The notes: a model not told the origin generated them from the sequence alone. A DNA stretch of 64,000 nt from Spirochaetia bacterium (GCA_965225855.1 CBDDCK010000005.1:1280001-1344000); one strand, 5' to 3'; counted from the first letter of the stretch, positions 39,968-50,905 are shown. A program made the numbers and translations.

Positions 39968-42172
39968 CTACTTACCAAAATTCAAAACTTGAATAGCATT
40001 GGTTGGGTCTGCTGTGCTACCAATTCCAAATCCTGCTGCTGCTTCCAGGTTGTATGCACCATTACCATCACGAACACCAGCCTGAACCAGTATCTTATTG
40101 GCTTTGGCTTTTACACTACCGCTTAAAGTAATTATTAAGTAGGCTGTATTTGCATTAGAACCTGTGGCTGTGTTTTCACCTGCGGTTGCGTGCCGGGGTA
40201 ATGTGTATTTCTTACTACCATTACCGGATACAAGCGTCAATTTGCTAAAGTCCCAGTCTGCAACTGCTGTCGGTAAACCACTACCGAAAATCCGTAACTG
40301 GCCACTATTACGATAGTAGTATACGTTGTTGATCTGGCTTGCGTAGCCACTAACGGTAATAGGGTTGCTTGTGTCTTCTGCGCTACCATCTGCAAATCCT
40401 GCTGCTGCTTCCAGGTTGTATGCACCAGCATTATCACTATCACCATCCTGAACCAGTATCTTATTGGCTTTGGCTTTTACACTACCGCTTAAAGTAATAT
40501 TTAAGCTTATTGCACTTGCTTTAGAACCTGTGGCTGTGTTTTCACCTGCGGTTGCGTGCTGGGGTAATGTGAATCTATTACTACCATCACCGGATACAAG
40601 TGTCAATTTGGTGAAGTCCCAGTCTGCAACTGTTTTCGGTAAAATGCTACCACTAATATATAACAAGCCTGTAATAGCATCGTAGATTGCACTGGTGATG
40701 CTGGCTGTATACCCACTAACGGTAATAGGATTGGTTGTGTCTGCTGCGCTACCACCTGCAAATCCTGCTGCTGCTTCCAGGTTGTATGCACCAGCATCAT
40801 CACTTTTACCATCCTTAACCAATATCTTCTCGGCTTTGGTTTTTTGACTACCCCTGAAAGTAATCGTTAAGCTTGTTGCACTTGCTTTAGAACCTCCGAC
40901 GAAGTTTGTAGGTGAATATGAGCCTCTCTGAGGTAATGTGAATCTATTAGTACCATCACCGGATACAAGTGTCAATTTGGTGAAGTCCCAGCTATCCACT
41001 TTTCTATAGTCCCGGTCATACACTAACAATGCTTTTGGTAAATTAGTACCTGTAATCACTAACACGCCTGTAATAGCATTGTAGGTTGCACGGGTAATTG
41101 CGGGTGGGTGTCCACTAACGCCCAAGGCTTTGGCTGTATTTAAACCCGCCCAAGTACCAGTGCTAGTAAGCAACCCTTTTTTTAGACCATTGCTATCCAT
41201 ACCGTCCTTGCCATTCAGAGTAGCTTTATGTTGATCGGTAAGTCTAAGCCAAATGGCTGTGCCATCTCTTTTAATGCGGTACTTACCTTTTGCAAGACTG
41301 CGACTATCTTCACCAGTGGCTGTGGCATCTGCAGTATAGGAACTTAAGGCTAAGCCATCTACCGTGATAGTTTGGATTTGTGCTTGTTGCGCACTAGCTA
41401 AGTTAGAACCTTGTAAAGTTAGCAGCGCCGTGCCAACATGGTAGGTTGCACCGGTAATTGCGGCTTCAGGCGACTGCTCTTCGGTTTCGGTCTTAGACTG
41501 CTTATCTTCGACTTGTTCGGTTTGTTCGGCTTCGGGTAGTTCAGGCGACTGCTCTTCGGTTTCGGTATTAGACTGCTTATCTTCGACTTCTTCAGTTTGT
41601 TCGGCTTCGGGTAGCTTAGGCGACTGCTCTTCGGTTTCGGTATTAGACTGCTTATCTTCGACTTCTTCAGTTTGTTCGGCTTCGGGTAGCTTAGGCGACT
41701 GCTTATCGGGTATATTCCTAACGGTTAAGTCTTTGGCTGTATTTAAACCCGCCCAAGTACCAGTGCTAGTAAGCAACCCTTTTTTTAGACCATCGCTATC
41801 CATACCGGGCTTGCCATTCAGAGTAGCTTTATGCTTGTCGGTAAGTTTCAGCCAAAGTGCTGTGCCATCGTTTGCAATACGGTACTTACCTTTTGTAAGA
41901 CCGCGACTATCTGGCCCAGTGGCTGGGTCATCTGCAGTATAGGAACTTAAGGCTAGGCCATCTACCGTGATAGTTTGGATTTGCGCTTCTGTAGGACTTA
42001 AGTTAGTACCTTGTACGGTTAACAGCGCCGTGCCAACATCGTAGCTTGCACTGGTGATTGCAGGCCCAGACGGCCCAGAAGATCGATCATCGTCATCGGG
42101 TGGTGCGCAGGCAAAGGCCATAAAGGCCAGTAGCAAGGCTAATGGCAATAAAAATAGTTTGAGCTTATACAT
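39968..42172 (-). CDS. repeat surface lipoprotein, paralog 3 (A-linker-A-B-B-B)
   Basis: MAFAC lipobox; 25-aa linker repeat x3. Confidence 0.85.
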   Translation of the reverse strand: MYKLKLFLLPLALLLAFMAFACAPPDDDDRSSGPSGPAITSASYDVGTALLTVQGTNLSPTEAQIQTITVDGLALSSYTADDPATGPDSRGLTKGKYRIANDGTALWLKLTDKHKATLNGKPGMDSDGLKKGLLTSTGTWAGLNTAKDLTVRNIPDKQSPKLPEAEQTEEVEDKQSNTETEEQSPKLPEAEQTEEVEDKQSNTETEEQSPELPEAEQTEQVEDKQSKTETEEQSPEAAITGATYHVGTALLTLQGSNLASAQQAQIQTITVDGLALSSYTADATATGEDSRSLAKGKYRIKRDGTAIWLRLTDQHKATLNGKDGMDSNGLKKGLLTSTGTWAGLNTAKALGVSGHPPAITRATYNAITGVLVITGTNLPKALLVYDRDYRKVDSWDFTKLTLVSGDGTNRFTLPQRGSYSPTNFVGGSKASATSLTITFRGSQKTKAEKILVKDGKSDDAGAYNLEAAAGFAGGSAADTTNPITVSGYTASITSAIYDAITGLLYISGSILPKTVADWDFTKLTLVSGDGSNRFTLPQHATAGENTATGSKASAISLNITLSGSVKAKANKILVQDGDSDNAGAYNLEAAAGFADGSAEDTSNPITVSGYASQINNVYYYRNSGQLRIFGSGLPTAVADWDFSKLTLVSGNGSKKYTLPRHATAGENTATGSNANTAYLIITLSGSVKAKANKILVQAGVRDGNGAYNLEAAAGFGIGSTADPTNAIQVLNFGK

Positions 42173-42421
42173 AAGCAATACCTCCAAGAATGGATAAAGA
42201 TTAGCCAACCCATACGGGCTAGTGCATAGAGCCCTATTGTGTTAGGGGGGGAATTGAGTCAAGGCCTATATAAGCTTTTTGTAAGTTTTTTTACAAGTTT
42301 TTTTGTGTTAGGGTACTTTTTTTGTATTAGTGTTGTTTTTTAGTGTTGGTTGGGAGTTCAAAATCCATGCCAATCCATTTGCATTCCATATTATCGTAAT
42401 CTATAAACCATCAAAACAACC

Positions 42422-42480
42422 AGTCCATAGTTATAGACGAGGCAAGTCGATAACTATGGACCGACCTAGTCCATAATTGT
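42422..42480. repeat. 23-bp period palindromic repeat (GTCCATAGTTATAGAC family)
   Basis: AGTCCATAGTTATAGACGAGGCA AGTCGATAACTATGGACCGACCT AGTCCATAATTGT. Confidence 0.65.
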
Positions 42481-42547
42481 TACTTTTCAAAAGTACATAA
42501 TTAGGGCATGGTTTGGTTTTTATTGTGAAGGCTTGGGGGGTGGGGTG

Positions 42548-42718
42548 GATTATCAAGCCCCGCATTTAATCATAAAGCCCAAATTGCAGAAGGATTTACA
42601 AAAGCTAGCGGGCGTAGTAACCACCCTAACCAGTGGAGGCCTGAAGATACCCCAAAATTGGATATACGAAGAGTTTGGCATACCCGGAGCCCAAACAAGG
42701 CGAAGAAGTTTAAAGTAG
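42548..42718 (+). pseudogene. fragment of Mu gp29-like portal (DUF935) C-terminus
   Basis: DLQKLAGVVTTL..GGLKIPQNWIYEEFGIP. Confidence 0.6.
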
Positions 42719-42823
42719 GGGTGTGTTTTGCAGCGTTACCGCAACAGACACGGGCCCTGTTATACTCCCTACTTTAATTCTCTTATTCTAGTATTGGTTA
42801 GAGAATTTGGCAAGAGTATCTAA

Positions 42824-43603
42824 CTAAGATTTTTTGGTTAAAATGCGTCTGCCGTCTTGTTCGATAGCTACCCAGCCATGATTTTCCCAGTAATTTACAT
42901 AAGTGTTTTCAAAATTACTATGGAATGGCCTAGGGCTAATAACCATTCCCTCCAAATTGATTTGGTAACCTCCAGGAAATTCAAAGTTATCTTTAAGAAA
43001 CAAATCAAATATTTTATTTACAACTTTATCTTGGTGAGTGGTGTTCCTTACACTAATCTCACGGAGATATTCAAAAACACTATCCAGAATTTTTAACTGT
43101 AATTCATCTTTAAATCCTTGATGATATCCAGGCAATATTTTAGCTAATCCAGTATTAATGGTTTTTACTTGAGCTGTCAATTTTTCAATTATACTCTGTG
43201 GAGTAAGCTCTTTGTAAGTATTATATAATTCCCGTACACCTAATAATTGCAAGTCTTCTTTGTCCGTAGTGTAAAGGTTTCGTAAAGCCTCTTCATAGCG
43301 TTGTGTTAATTTGTCTTCTCTTCGTAATTGTTCTTGTTTTTTGTTGTATGCGTCTTGCTTCTCGTTATATTTTTCTGCTCTATGGATACGGATTGAAGAA
43401 TAAAAGAATCCGATAATTGCCGTCCAAAGACCTGCTATACCAAATAATAAATCATGCCAATCAAATAAAGCCTTATCGTTAGACTTTATGTTTATGACTT
43501 TTTGATAATAAAATACGGCTATAAAAATAATTCCGATAACATATATGCTTATCAATAGCCATGGCCAAATATCTTTAAATTTTGAGCTTTCTTCTTTGTC
43601 CAT
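42824..43603 (-). CDS. AT-rich two-TM hypothetical membrane protein (moron-like)
   Basis: Two hydrophobic helices then RYEEALRNLY...LLGVRELY; start moved to ATG 43603. Confidence 0.6.
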   Translation of the reverse strand: MDKEESSKFKDIWPWLLISIYVIGIIFIAVFYYQKVINIKSNDKALFDWHDLLFGIAGLWTAIIGFFYSSIRIHRAEKYNEKQDAYNKKQEQLRREDKLTQRYEEALRNLYTTDKEDLQLLGVRELYNTYKELTPQSIIEKLTAQVKTINTGLAKILPGYHQGFKDELQLKILDSVFEYLREISVRNTTHQDKVVNKIFDLFLKDNFEFPGGYQINLEGMVISPRPFHSNFENTYVNYWENHGWVAIEQDGRRILTKKS

Positions 43604-43629
43604 TCTTGCTTGCAACTCTGTATATATAC

Positions 43630-43850
43630 TTATTGCTTGCGAAAATCCCACGGGGCTATAGGCTTGCTTTGTTGCCAAAGGCCAGTTTTTTGTTCTCTTG
43701 CTTTAGTTTCAGCTTTTTGGTAGAGCTCTTGTAAGTCCGTTGATTTTGGGGCGTATTGAGTATAATACCATGCAAGCCCTTCTTTAACTAATTCATAATT
43801 TAGGCTGCTACCTTTACCTACTTTGCTTGGTGGGTAAAAGTGAATGGCAG
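43630..43850 (-). pseudogene. thermonuclease (SNase-like) C-terminal fragment
   Basis: SLNYELVKEGLAWYY.QYAP...YQKAETKAREQKTGLWQQSKPIAPWDFRKQ*; not in the ORF track. Confidence 0.8.
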
Positions 43851-43872
43851 GAAAGCTATAAAATATCTTATT

Positions 43873-44349
43873 CTACTTCACATGTCCTGCTACACGAACA
43901 ACCAAATCGGAGCTGTATTTTTGCCCGTCAATGGTTAATTTTACTGGGCCACCCAAAGTATTATGCTCAATTGCAGAAACCTGACCAGAGATCAAAATAG
44001 GGTTATCTTCGCGATCTAAACCAGAATTAATCGTAACTTTACGACCGAGAAGCTCTAAAGCTTGCCCTTGGCCAAAACGCTGATTCAATTCTGTAAATCC
44101 AGTATTTAATTGAATCATTTGCTCCAGACTGTTAAATTGGGCCATTTGAGCGATAAATTCTTTATCATCTTGAGGTTTCATCGGGTCTTGATTCTTTAAC
44201 TGCTCGGTGAGAATGCGCAGAAAAGAATCTTTGCCCAGCGTTTGCTGTAACCCTTTGCCTTGGTTTAAACTACGATTAAAGTTTTTAATACTAATATCAT
44301 GCTGCTGTTTTTGAAGAGCAGTCATTTTTGTTGGAGTTATTTCAGCCAT
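43873..44349 (-). CDS. flgD: flagellar hook capping protein
   Basis: LGKDSFLRILTEQLKNQDPMKP.DDKEFIAQMAQF. Confidence 0.95.
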   Translation of the reverse strand: MAEITPTKMTALQKQQHDISIKNFNRSLNQGKGLQQTLGKDSFLRILTEQLKNQDPMKPQDDKEFIAQMAQFNSLEQMIQLNTGFTELNQRFGQGQALELLGRKVTINSGLDREDNPILISGQVSAIEHNTLGGPVKLTIDGQKYSSDLVVRVAGHVK

Positions 44350-44439
44350 AAAATACCTTCTTGTAATTTCTCCATATATCGAAATATTCCCTTTAAGACT
44401 TTAACAGAACAAATTATTAAAAAAGAATTTACTGATTTT

Positions 44440-46380
44440 TTATACACTATAATCAACTTGGTTTTGTTCCTGAAACAAAATAGCTTCAGCACTTGGGCCT
44501 ATATTTTCCCAATTTTCTTCATTGGCTGCCAATATTCGATTACCTGAATTTTGATTGCCATTGTAAGAATTTTCAGAATCCGTATTTCCAGATTGACCAC
44601 CGCCAACAGAAACATTTAGCCCTTGGTTTTCAAAACCACCTTCACGCAAACTGGCCTCTAGTTGCTGCATATTATCCTGTAAAATTCGTGCAGCTTCTGC
44701 GTTGTCCGCGACAATGCGGCCACTAATTTGGCCACCGTCAATATTTAAATGAATGCGCAATTGCCCCAGATTTTCCGGGCTCAAACGCAAACGAATTTCT
44801 CCGCGATTTTGATCGAGCAAACGAAATTGAAGCTGGCGCAAATTCTGTGCCATAGGCCCTTCTTGCAAACGCTGCGCCATTTGCTGAATTAAGCTACGCA
44901 AAGGGTTATTAGAATTGACATGAAAATTACCTTGCGAACTGGTATTCCCTGTTTCAGTTAGTATAGAGCTATCGCTACGTTTATCCAAATTTTGGCTAAA
45001 ATCAAAACCAGACTGTTCTTTGTTTTGTTGATGATTGCCTAATTGAGAGTTTTGCTTGTCCGTGGAAACAGCATATTGCATACCCTCACTTTGCTGGCGC
45101 CGCAATGCTGCAACCTTGCCTAAATTTTTAGCATCATTATTGCTTGGTGTATCTTTTGCGATTGCGGTAAGAATTTCATTTGATGATTCTTGATTTTTAA
45201 AATTGCCTCGGGCTCCTGGAATTGGATATCCATAGTCCTCTCCATGAACATGCTTTTTTTCCAGCTCTTGTGGGCCTTTCGTATCTGGTACAATTTTGGC
45301 CCCTGCATTTTGTTGATTCCCATGGGATTTTGATTGGGATTTGGGCTTAACCAAAATATCAAGGCTAGCTTGGACTTCTTTGTTTTGATTTTGCGGTTGG
45401 CCTACAAGAATTTTGCGTTCACTGCCAAGCTCTGATTGGGCTAATTGCTTAGTAGATTCCCCAAAATGATCCGTCTGTTTGGTATTTTTTAGCAAGCTAT
45501 CGTTAGAGTTTTCTTTTTCTATATTCCTGTTAGATTCTAACCATTTAGCTTTCTGTTCTTGCTCTGGTTTTGCTGCCAATCGTTCATCAATAACTTGCAC
45601 TGTCAACTTTGTTTTTTCAGAATTGTTTGAATTTTCTTTATTTTGTAACTGTAATGAAGCTTCTTTTTGGCGAGTGTTTGTCTCAACCATTTGCAAGTTT
45701 TGCTTTCCTTTGTTTTCTATCAACTCATTGACTGCTGCAATTTGTGTCTGCTCTACATTTTGACCAAAAATTTTCTTTGCTAATTTTCCAGAATCAATAG
45801 GTAAGGCTTTGATGTTTTTTTGTTCATCAGTTTTATTCTCTAGCGAAATTTTCTCAAGCTGCTTTTTTTCTGCATTTTCCGGAAGAATTTTTCTTTTTTG
45901 AGCAAACTGCTCCAGCTCCGATACTGATTTATGGTTAGAAAAAACATTCACTTCCTTGGTTTCCTTTGCGCCCAAAGTTTCTTTCGCCTGTTCTTGTTCA
46001 CCCTGCTGTCGCTTTTGCATTTCTTCATTGCGATCGGGAACAGAATAATATTCGGTTTGTTGAGAATACAATGCTTTTTCGGTGTTTTGGTAATTCTGCT
46101 CCAAATTCTGCCTTAAAGCTTCTAACGGCTGCAGGCTATATTGATCTGTTTCCATTGAAGCAATCGAAATATCCGTAGTATTCTGCATAGAATTTTGTTG
46201 CAAAGGATTATAATTAGCTTCAAAACTTTGCTGGGGTTGATATGTTAACTGTTGCTCAAGTTGTTGATAAAAATTTTGAAATGATACTTCATTGAATTTG
46301 CCATTTACGCTGTTATTGCGGGCAGTAAAACGGTCTGGTTGAACTATTTCTCGCGCCAAAAAAGCAAGTGGGTCATTCAT
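44440..46380 (-). CDS. fliK: flagellar hook-length control protein
   Basis: Low-complexity N-terminus; C-terminal GEIRLRLSPENLGQLRI; upstream of flgD. Confidence 0.85.
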   Translation of the reverse strand: MNDPLAFLAREIVQPDRFTARNNSVNGKFNEVSFQNFYQQLEQQLTYQPQQSFEANYNPLQQNSMQNTTDISIASMETDQYSLQPLEALRQNLEQNYQNTEKALYSQQTEYYSVPDRNEEMQKRQQGEQEQAKETLGAKETKEVNVFSNHKSVSELEQFAQKRKILPENAEKKQLEKISLENKTDEQKNIKALPIDSGKLAKKIFGQNVEQTQIAAVNELIENKGKQNLQMVETNTRQKEASLQLQNKENSNNSEKTKLTVQVIDERLAAKPEQEQKAKWLESNRNIEKENSNDSLLKNTKQTDHFGESTKQLAQSELGSERKILVGQPQNQNKEVQASLDILVKPKSQSKSHGNQQNAGAKIVPDTKGPQELEKKHVHGEDYGYPIPGARGNFKNQESSNEILTAIAKDTPSNNDAKNLGKVAALRRQQSEGMQYAVSTDKQNSQLGNHQQNKEQSGFDFSQNLDKRSDSSILTETGNTSSQGNFHVNSNNPLRSLIQQMAQRLQEGPMAQNLRQLQFRLLDQNRGEIRLRLSPENLGQLRIHLNIDGGQISGRIVADNAEAARILQDNMQQLEASLREGGFENQGLNVSVGGGQSGNTDSENSYNGNQNSGNRILAANEENWENIGPSAEAILFQEQNQVDYSV

Positions 46381-46473
46381 GAATTTCTCCTAAAATATTT
46401 TACTTACTATCGTATAAAAAAGTAATTTGCTTGAGCTAATATCAATTTTACAAAAATATTTAGATGGTAATTT

Positions 46474-48504
46474 TTAGCTCTTCATAAAGCGTCTGTATTG
46501 ATTTACCAGCGGTTTAAGCAATGGATAAATTTTAAGCTTTTTACTAAGCACTTTGGCTATTACCCAAACTTTGCGCTTTAAAACTTTAGCGACTATCCCA
46601 ACCTTGCGCTTGTTGGATAATTGGCCAAAACGATACCAACGATCGTTTTTCATGGTACTTATGGTGAACCAATCTTGTAACAAACCAGACAGAATAGATA
46701 CATCATAGGTATACAATTCTGTGCATAATAAATTCAATCTGTCCAGCAATTCTTGCTCTTTTTGTTCCTTGGGAATGCTAGCTAAGCCGTATGATAAAAC
46801 ATGATGATAAAACCAGTCAAATATTTCCTGATATGCAGAAACTAATATTCTGTGAGAACCAAGTTCTTTATATAAAATACCAGATGCTTGAGCAAAGTCT
46901 TTAACACTTTTTTCTGAATATTGATTAGTTAAACTACCACTACGCATATAATAGTAATACATACTTTGCGGAATATATAACAGCTTTTCCAGCTTGTAGA
47001 GCAATTGCGGTGTTACGGCCATATCTTCAGCACTAATACCCTCCGGAAAATATATATTATTTTCTATGAATAATCTGCGCTGCCATAGTTTTGCCCAGGC
47101 ACAGTTATAGATATTGACCCTGTGTTCACCACCTGTACAGTAAACCTCAAATGGATTTTCAATTATCGTATCACTATTTACAGAATTTATATGATGAGAA
47201 TCATTAAAGCTGCCAGCCTCATGTACTATTGTATGCTGACATGTAAAAAGCCTTATATCTGGATATTGCAATACTTTATTGAGAAATATTTCTACCATAT
47301 TCGGAGCGATATAATCATCACTATCTACAAATAACAACCATTCTGCTGTAGCTGCCTTAATGCCGGTATTGCGGGCACCGCCTAAATGTTTGTTTTGCTC
47401 ATGGCGGATAGCAACAATCCGTTGATCTTTGGCCGCATATTGTTCAATCAACTCCCAACTATTATCCGGAGAGGCATCATCAACAATGATAATTTCTATA
47501 TTTTCTTCGGTCTGGTTATAAACTGATTCTAAACAACGAATTAAATATTCTTCCGTATTATAAACGGGAATGATTACGGAAACCTTGGGGTCTACTTTGG
47601 GCTCTGGTTTTCGTTCATACCGGGAATAGACTACTTGCCAATCCAACGGTAAAAATTGATGAGGTTTAGTATTTGTGGGGAATAACCAAATCTGCGGCAT
47701 AATAACTACAGAATCTTTCTGTTGGCCTAGTAAAGCTCCCAGCAAACTATAGCTGCTATTGGCAATGATAAAATGTTTGCAATGCGCTATTAAACTAAAA
47801 TCTTCTAGCGTGTTTCCTGCAGGATAATCATAGGCCAATTCTAAATTTTTCAATAATGGCTCAATGGCTTGCTTACAATAAGCTAAATCATCGCTAAAAA
47901 CTAGGATATAAGGCTGTCTCTCTTGGGAAGTTTTACCAATTTGGCAACAAATACTTTCTAACGCACTGCGATAATATCCCACCGAAATACAGGGGTGACG
48001 AGACATATTCTCTTTAATAAGATAATCTCCCCTGCGCACATGCAGGGCAACCAGTTGATATTTTTGTTGTAATTGCTGGTACTTTGCCGCTATAGGCAGT
48101 AATTGAATATTCAAATATGGTTTAGCTAGTTCAAAATAACGGTAATGCTGAAAATATCCTTCTAATACTATTTCTGTCGGTAAATTGAGAAAATCATCAT
48201 CAAACTGAAACTGGTTCGGTTCTTGGTATGGTAGTAAACCTTTAGGAGTTTTTTGACAAATTCTCAAATTGGCAAACAATTTATCTAGTTCAAATGGACG
48301 ATTTCCTGTTTGGTGCAACCATATCTCTGGCTCTTCTGCTATACCGGTATGTCGGCTATATAACGCCAGAGCCGCTATATATTGCCAAATTTGATTGCCC
48401 AGTCCTCCTAGAAGTTTTACAACAATTCTTTTGGACAATATCTCTATATCCTTTCTCTCTTCAGTAGTCTTTTGAGAAGGCGTAAAAAAGGATAAATTCT
48501 CCAT
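46474..48504 (-). CDS. alpha-1,2-fucosyltransferase (GT11) fused to GT2 glycosyltransferase
   Basis: GGLGNQ, GYFQ, HVRRGDY, FSDD, IANSSYS; then VSVIIPVYN...DDASPD...DSDD. Confidence 0.85.
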   Translation of the reverse strand: MENLSFFTPSQKTTEERKDIEILSKRIVVKLLGGLGNQIWQYIAALALYSRHTGIAEEPEIWLHQTGNRPFELDKLFANLRICQKTPKGLLPYQEPNQFQFDDDFLNLPTEIVLEGYFQHYRYFELAKPYLNIQLLPIAAKYQQLQQKYQLVALHVRRGDYLIKENMSRHPCISVGYYRSALESICCQIGKTSQERQPYILVFSDDLAYCKQAIEPLLKNLELAYDYPAGNTLEDFSLIAHCKHFIIANSSYSLLGALLGQQKDSVVIMPQIWLFPTNTKPHQFLPLDWQVVYSRYERKPEPKVDPKVSVIIPVYNTEEYLIRCLESVYNQTEENIEIIIVDDASPDNSWELIEQYAAKDQRIVAIRHEQNKHLGGARNTGIKAATAEWLLFVDSDDYIAPNMVEIFLNKVLQYPDIRLFTCQHTIVHEAGSFNDSHHINSVNSDTIIENPFEVYCTGGEHRVNIYNCAWAKLWQRRLFIENNIYFPEGISAEDMAVTPQLLYKLEKLLYIPQSMYYYYMRSGSLTNQYSEKSVKDFAQASGILYKELGSHRILVSAYQEIFDWFYHHVLSYGLASIPKEQKEQELLDRLNLLCTELYTYDVSILSGLLQDWFTISTMKNDRWYRFGQLSNKRKVGIVAKVLKRKVWVIAKVLSKKLKIYPLLKPLVNQYRRFMKS

Positions 48505-50240
48505 TGCTTTATAATTTCTTTTAATAAGCCAATAGAGCTAACACTCTTAATAATTTCGCGGCGAATATCCTGATAATCATAATCTCCTAGAAGTTTTACT
48601 TGTTCATCAAAACGAAGAGAATGCTCTAATAAATGATTTTTATCCTGCCACCAATATTTCACATCCGTTCCATGTTTTTGATTATAATAATCCACATCTC
48701 TTTTTAGGTAAAACTCTACCGGTGAACCGGAGAATTTCTCATCTCCCGTTTTCTTATGAACCGTCCGTGTACCACCTTTTCCATAGTGAAACACAAAACT
48801 CTTACGGCTAATATAGCCAATAGCCCCCTTAGCCACAGCATCATTTACATATTCCTGACTAAAGAACAATGAAAAATACTGGTCGTCTAAAAAGCCAAAA
48901 CGCTCTACATAATTTCTAGTAAAAACAGTGGTTTCAAAAGAAACCGAAGGAACAAAACGAATTGTACGGTAACCCTGACAATCATTAGCAATTTCCGTGA
49001 CTTCTTCTATGGTAATTCCTGTATGAATCCCATTTAACATTCCCGTTTGCTGATTGATATTCGATTGCCAATGTTCTCTCATTTTAAGCGGAATTAAAAG
49101 ATTTTTATGAGTTACAAAACTTGTAGAAGGCATAATAAAATCGGCATCACCATATGTTGCAAACTCTGATAAAACTCTGTTAAACCAATAATAAGGCACA
49201 ATATAATCATCTGCAAATACAGAAATATAATCCGCCTTGGTCTGATTATACAAATGCTTTAACAAAATATTATAACCCTTAGCATTCATACTATCTTTAT
49301 AATCTAATAATATAGAAGAAACAAAGGCATATTCTTTTTCTAAAGACTCAATAAAATTTTTCGTTTTAGCTCCTATACCTTTAGAACCATTTATAGGGTT
49401 TTCAGAAATATTAATTCCAATAACCAGCTCCACTTGTGTAACACAGGATTCAGCGGCTAAACATAAACTTTTTAAACAGTTTTGGATTTGTTCTAAATGT
49501 ATTGGGTCATCTTCAGGATTAAAAACCAAAATTCCAAGCGCAAAAGTCTTCCCTACAGTAGAAGCCCCAATGGTAGAGTCGGAATGTTTACAATGGTATA
49601 CATATTCATTTGGAATGTAGCGAGGATTGCAATCAGGGCCTTTTTGCTTCGTTAAAGAAATAGCATAAACCTCTTTTTGATAATTTTCTTTGTGAACAGG
49701 AATTTGCCATTTTTTACCATACCAAATTTCTAAATACTGTGTATAATTTGAAGGTATATTAAAACTAACTCCCCGGAAAGGCTTTCTACTTATCTCGGCA
49801 ATGTCTTTAGGAAAAAAAAGGCCAAGTATTGCATGCTGTTGTGGATGCGTTGGCGAAATTCCTTTCGGAAGCTCTCTGGGACTTATATATACAAGTGAAT
49901 CATCTATTTTTTGTAAGAATTGAATATCAATACCTACAAAAAATTTTTCAGCTCGAATCAAGACTTTACGATGGTTTGAATTATAAAAATAATACCAGAT
50001 GTGAAAGCCATTTTGTTCTAATATATTGTAAACAAATTCAGGATCATCTGTAACTACATCTAAGTCTAAATCCGTATCATCTTGAACGGGTTTCTCATCG
50101 CGAATAATTCCTAAAAGAGAACTAGATGCAAGCCAATAGCGAATATTGTTTGCAGTAAATACACGATCTACTGCCTCAATCGCTTTATGTATATTTTTCT
50201 GTAGAAATTTTGCACGGCTGCTTTCTAATACATTAATCAT
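48444..50240 (-). CDS. LicD-like nucleotidyltransferase fused to glycosyltransferase-like domain
   Basis: YWL..SLLGIIRD...DTDLDL, YL..WYG..W.IP; C-terminal ADDY and FVFHYG. Confidence 0.6.
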   Translation of the reverse strand: MINVLESSRAKFLQKNIHKAIEAVDRVFTANNIRYWLASSSLLGIIRDEKPVQDDTDLDLDVVTDDPEFVYNILEQNGFHIWYYFYNSNHRKVLIRAEKFFVGIDIQFLQKIDDSLVYISPRELPKGISPTHPQQHAILGLFFPKDIAEISRKPFRGVSFNIPSNYTQYLEIWYGKKWQIPVHKENYQKEVYAISLTKQKGPDCNPRYIPNEYVYHCKHSDSTIGASTVGKTFALGILVFNPEDDPIHLEQIQNCLKSLCLAAESCVTQVELVIGINISENPINGSKGIGAKTKNFIESLEKEYAFVSSILLDYKDSMNAKGYNILLKHLYNQTKADYISVFADDYIVPYYWFNRVLSEFATYGDADFIMPSTSFVTHKNLLIPLKMREHWQSNINQQTGMLNGIHTGITIEEVTEIANDCQGYRTIRFVPSVSFETTVFTRNYVERFGFLDDQYFSLFFSQEYVNDAVAKGAIGYISRKSFVFHYGKGGTRTVHKKTGDEKFSGSPVEFYLKRDVDYYNQKHGTDVKYWWQDKNHLLEHSLRFDEQVKLLGDYDYQDIRREIIKSVSSIGLLKEIIKQWRIYPFLRLLKRLLKRERI

Positions 50241-50356
50241 AAGTTATACTCTGTTTTAAATTCAGAACGCCCATCATATAAAAAATCTTATTTTGGAATA
50301 GGTACGAAAAAAATTATTAGAGTAAAATCATACAAAAAATATTGAAGGAGCAAAAA

Positions 50357-50624
50357 ATGGCATCAATATCTATGTTCTGGGGCATTATTATCAGAATGTA
50401 TTTTAACGAGCATAATCCACTACATCTTCACGCTGCATATGGAGAATTTGAAGGGACATTTAATATTACAACAAGCGAATTTAGAATTTATCAAAGGTAA
50501 TTTACCTAAAAGGCAAATTAAGCAAATAGAAGTCTGGGCTGATTTGTACCAAAAAGAACTTATGGCAAATTGGACTTTAGCCAAGTCTGGAGAAAGTTTG
50601 TTTAAGATTGAAGGATTAAAATAA
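50357..50624 (+). pseudogene. DUF4160 protein, frameshifted
   Basis: ISMFWGIIIRMYFNEHNPLHLHA.YG, frameshift near 50475, then GNLPKRQ...WADLYQKELMANW. Confidence 0.75.
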
Positions 50625-50905
50625 TGAATTGTGCCCCATATGAAAAAATTATAGAGGTTATACCTTCGCCGGAATACAAATTAAAACTGCGATTTGCAAC
50701 TTAAGAGGTGAAGATTTATGATGTAGTGCCCCTGCTAACAAAAGTGGTTTTTCGGGCTTTGCAAGATCAATCGGTTTTTCATAAAGTGCGTGTATGTGGC
50801 TATTCCGTAATTTGGCCGGGCGAAATAGATATAGCCCCTGAAAGCTTATATCAAGAAAGTATCTCGATTGAGGATTGGGAGAAGAGCATTGTTCAAGATG
50901 GCTAA
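50624..50905 (+). pseudogene. DUF2442 protein with premature TAA (50702)
   Basis: EVIP.PEYKLKLRF..*EVKIYD...VIWPGEIDIAPESLY. Confidence 0.75.

Noticed and set aside
28993..50704. Stop-codon reassignment suggested by in-frame stops (28993 TAG, 50702 TAA)
   Set aside because: Core genes end in all three stop codons, and the affected loci also carry frameshifts.
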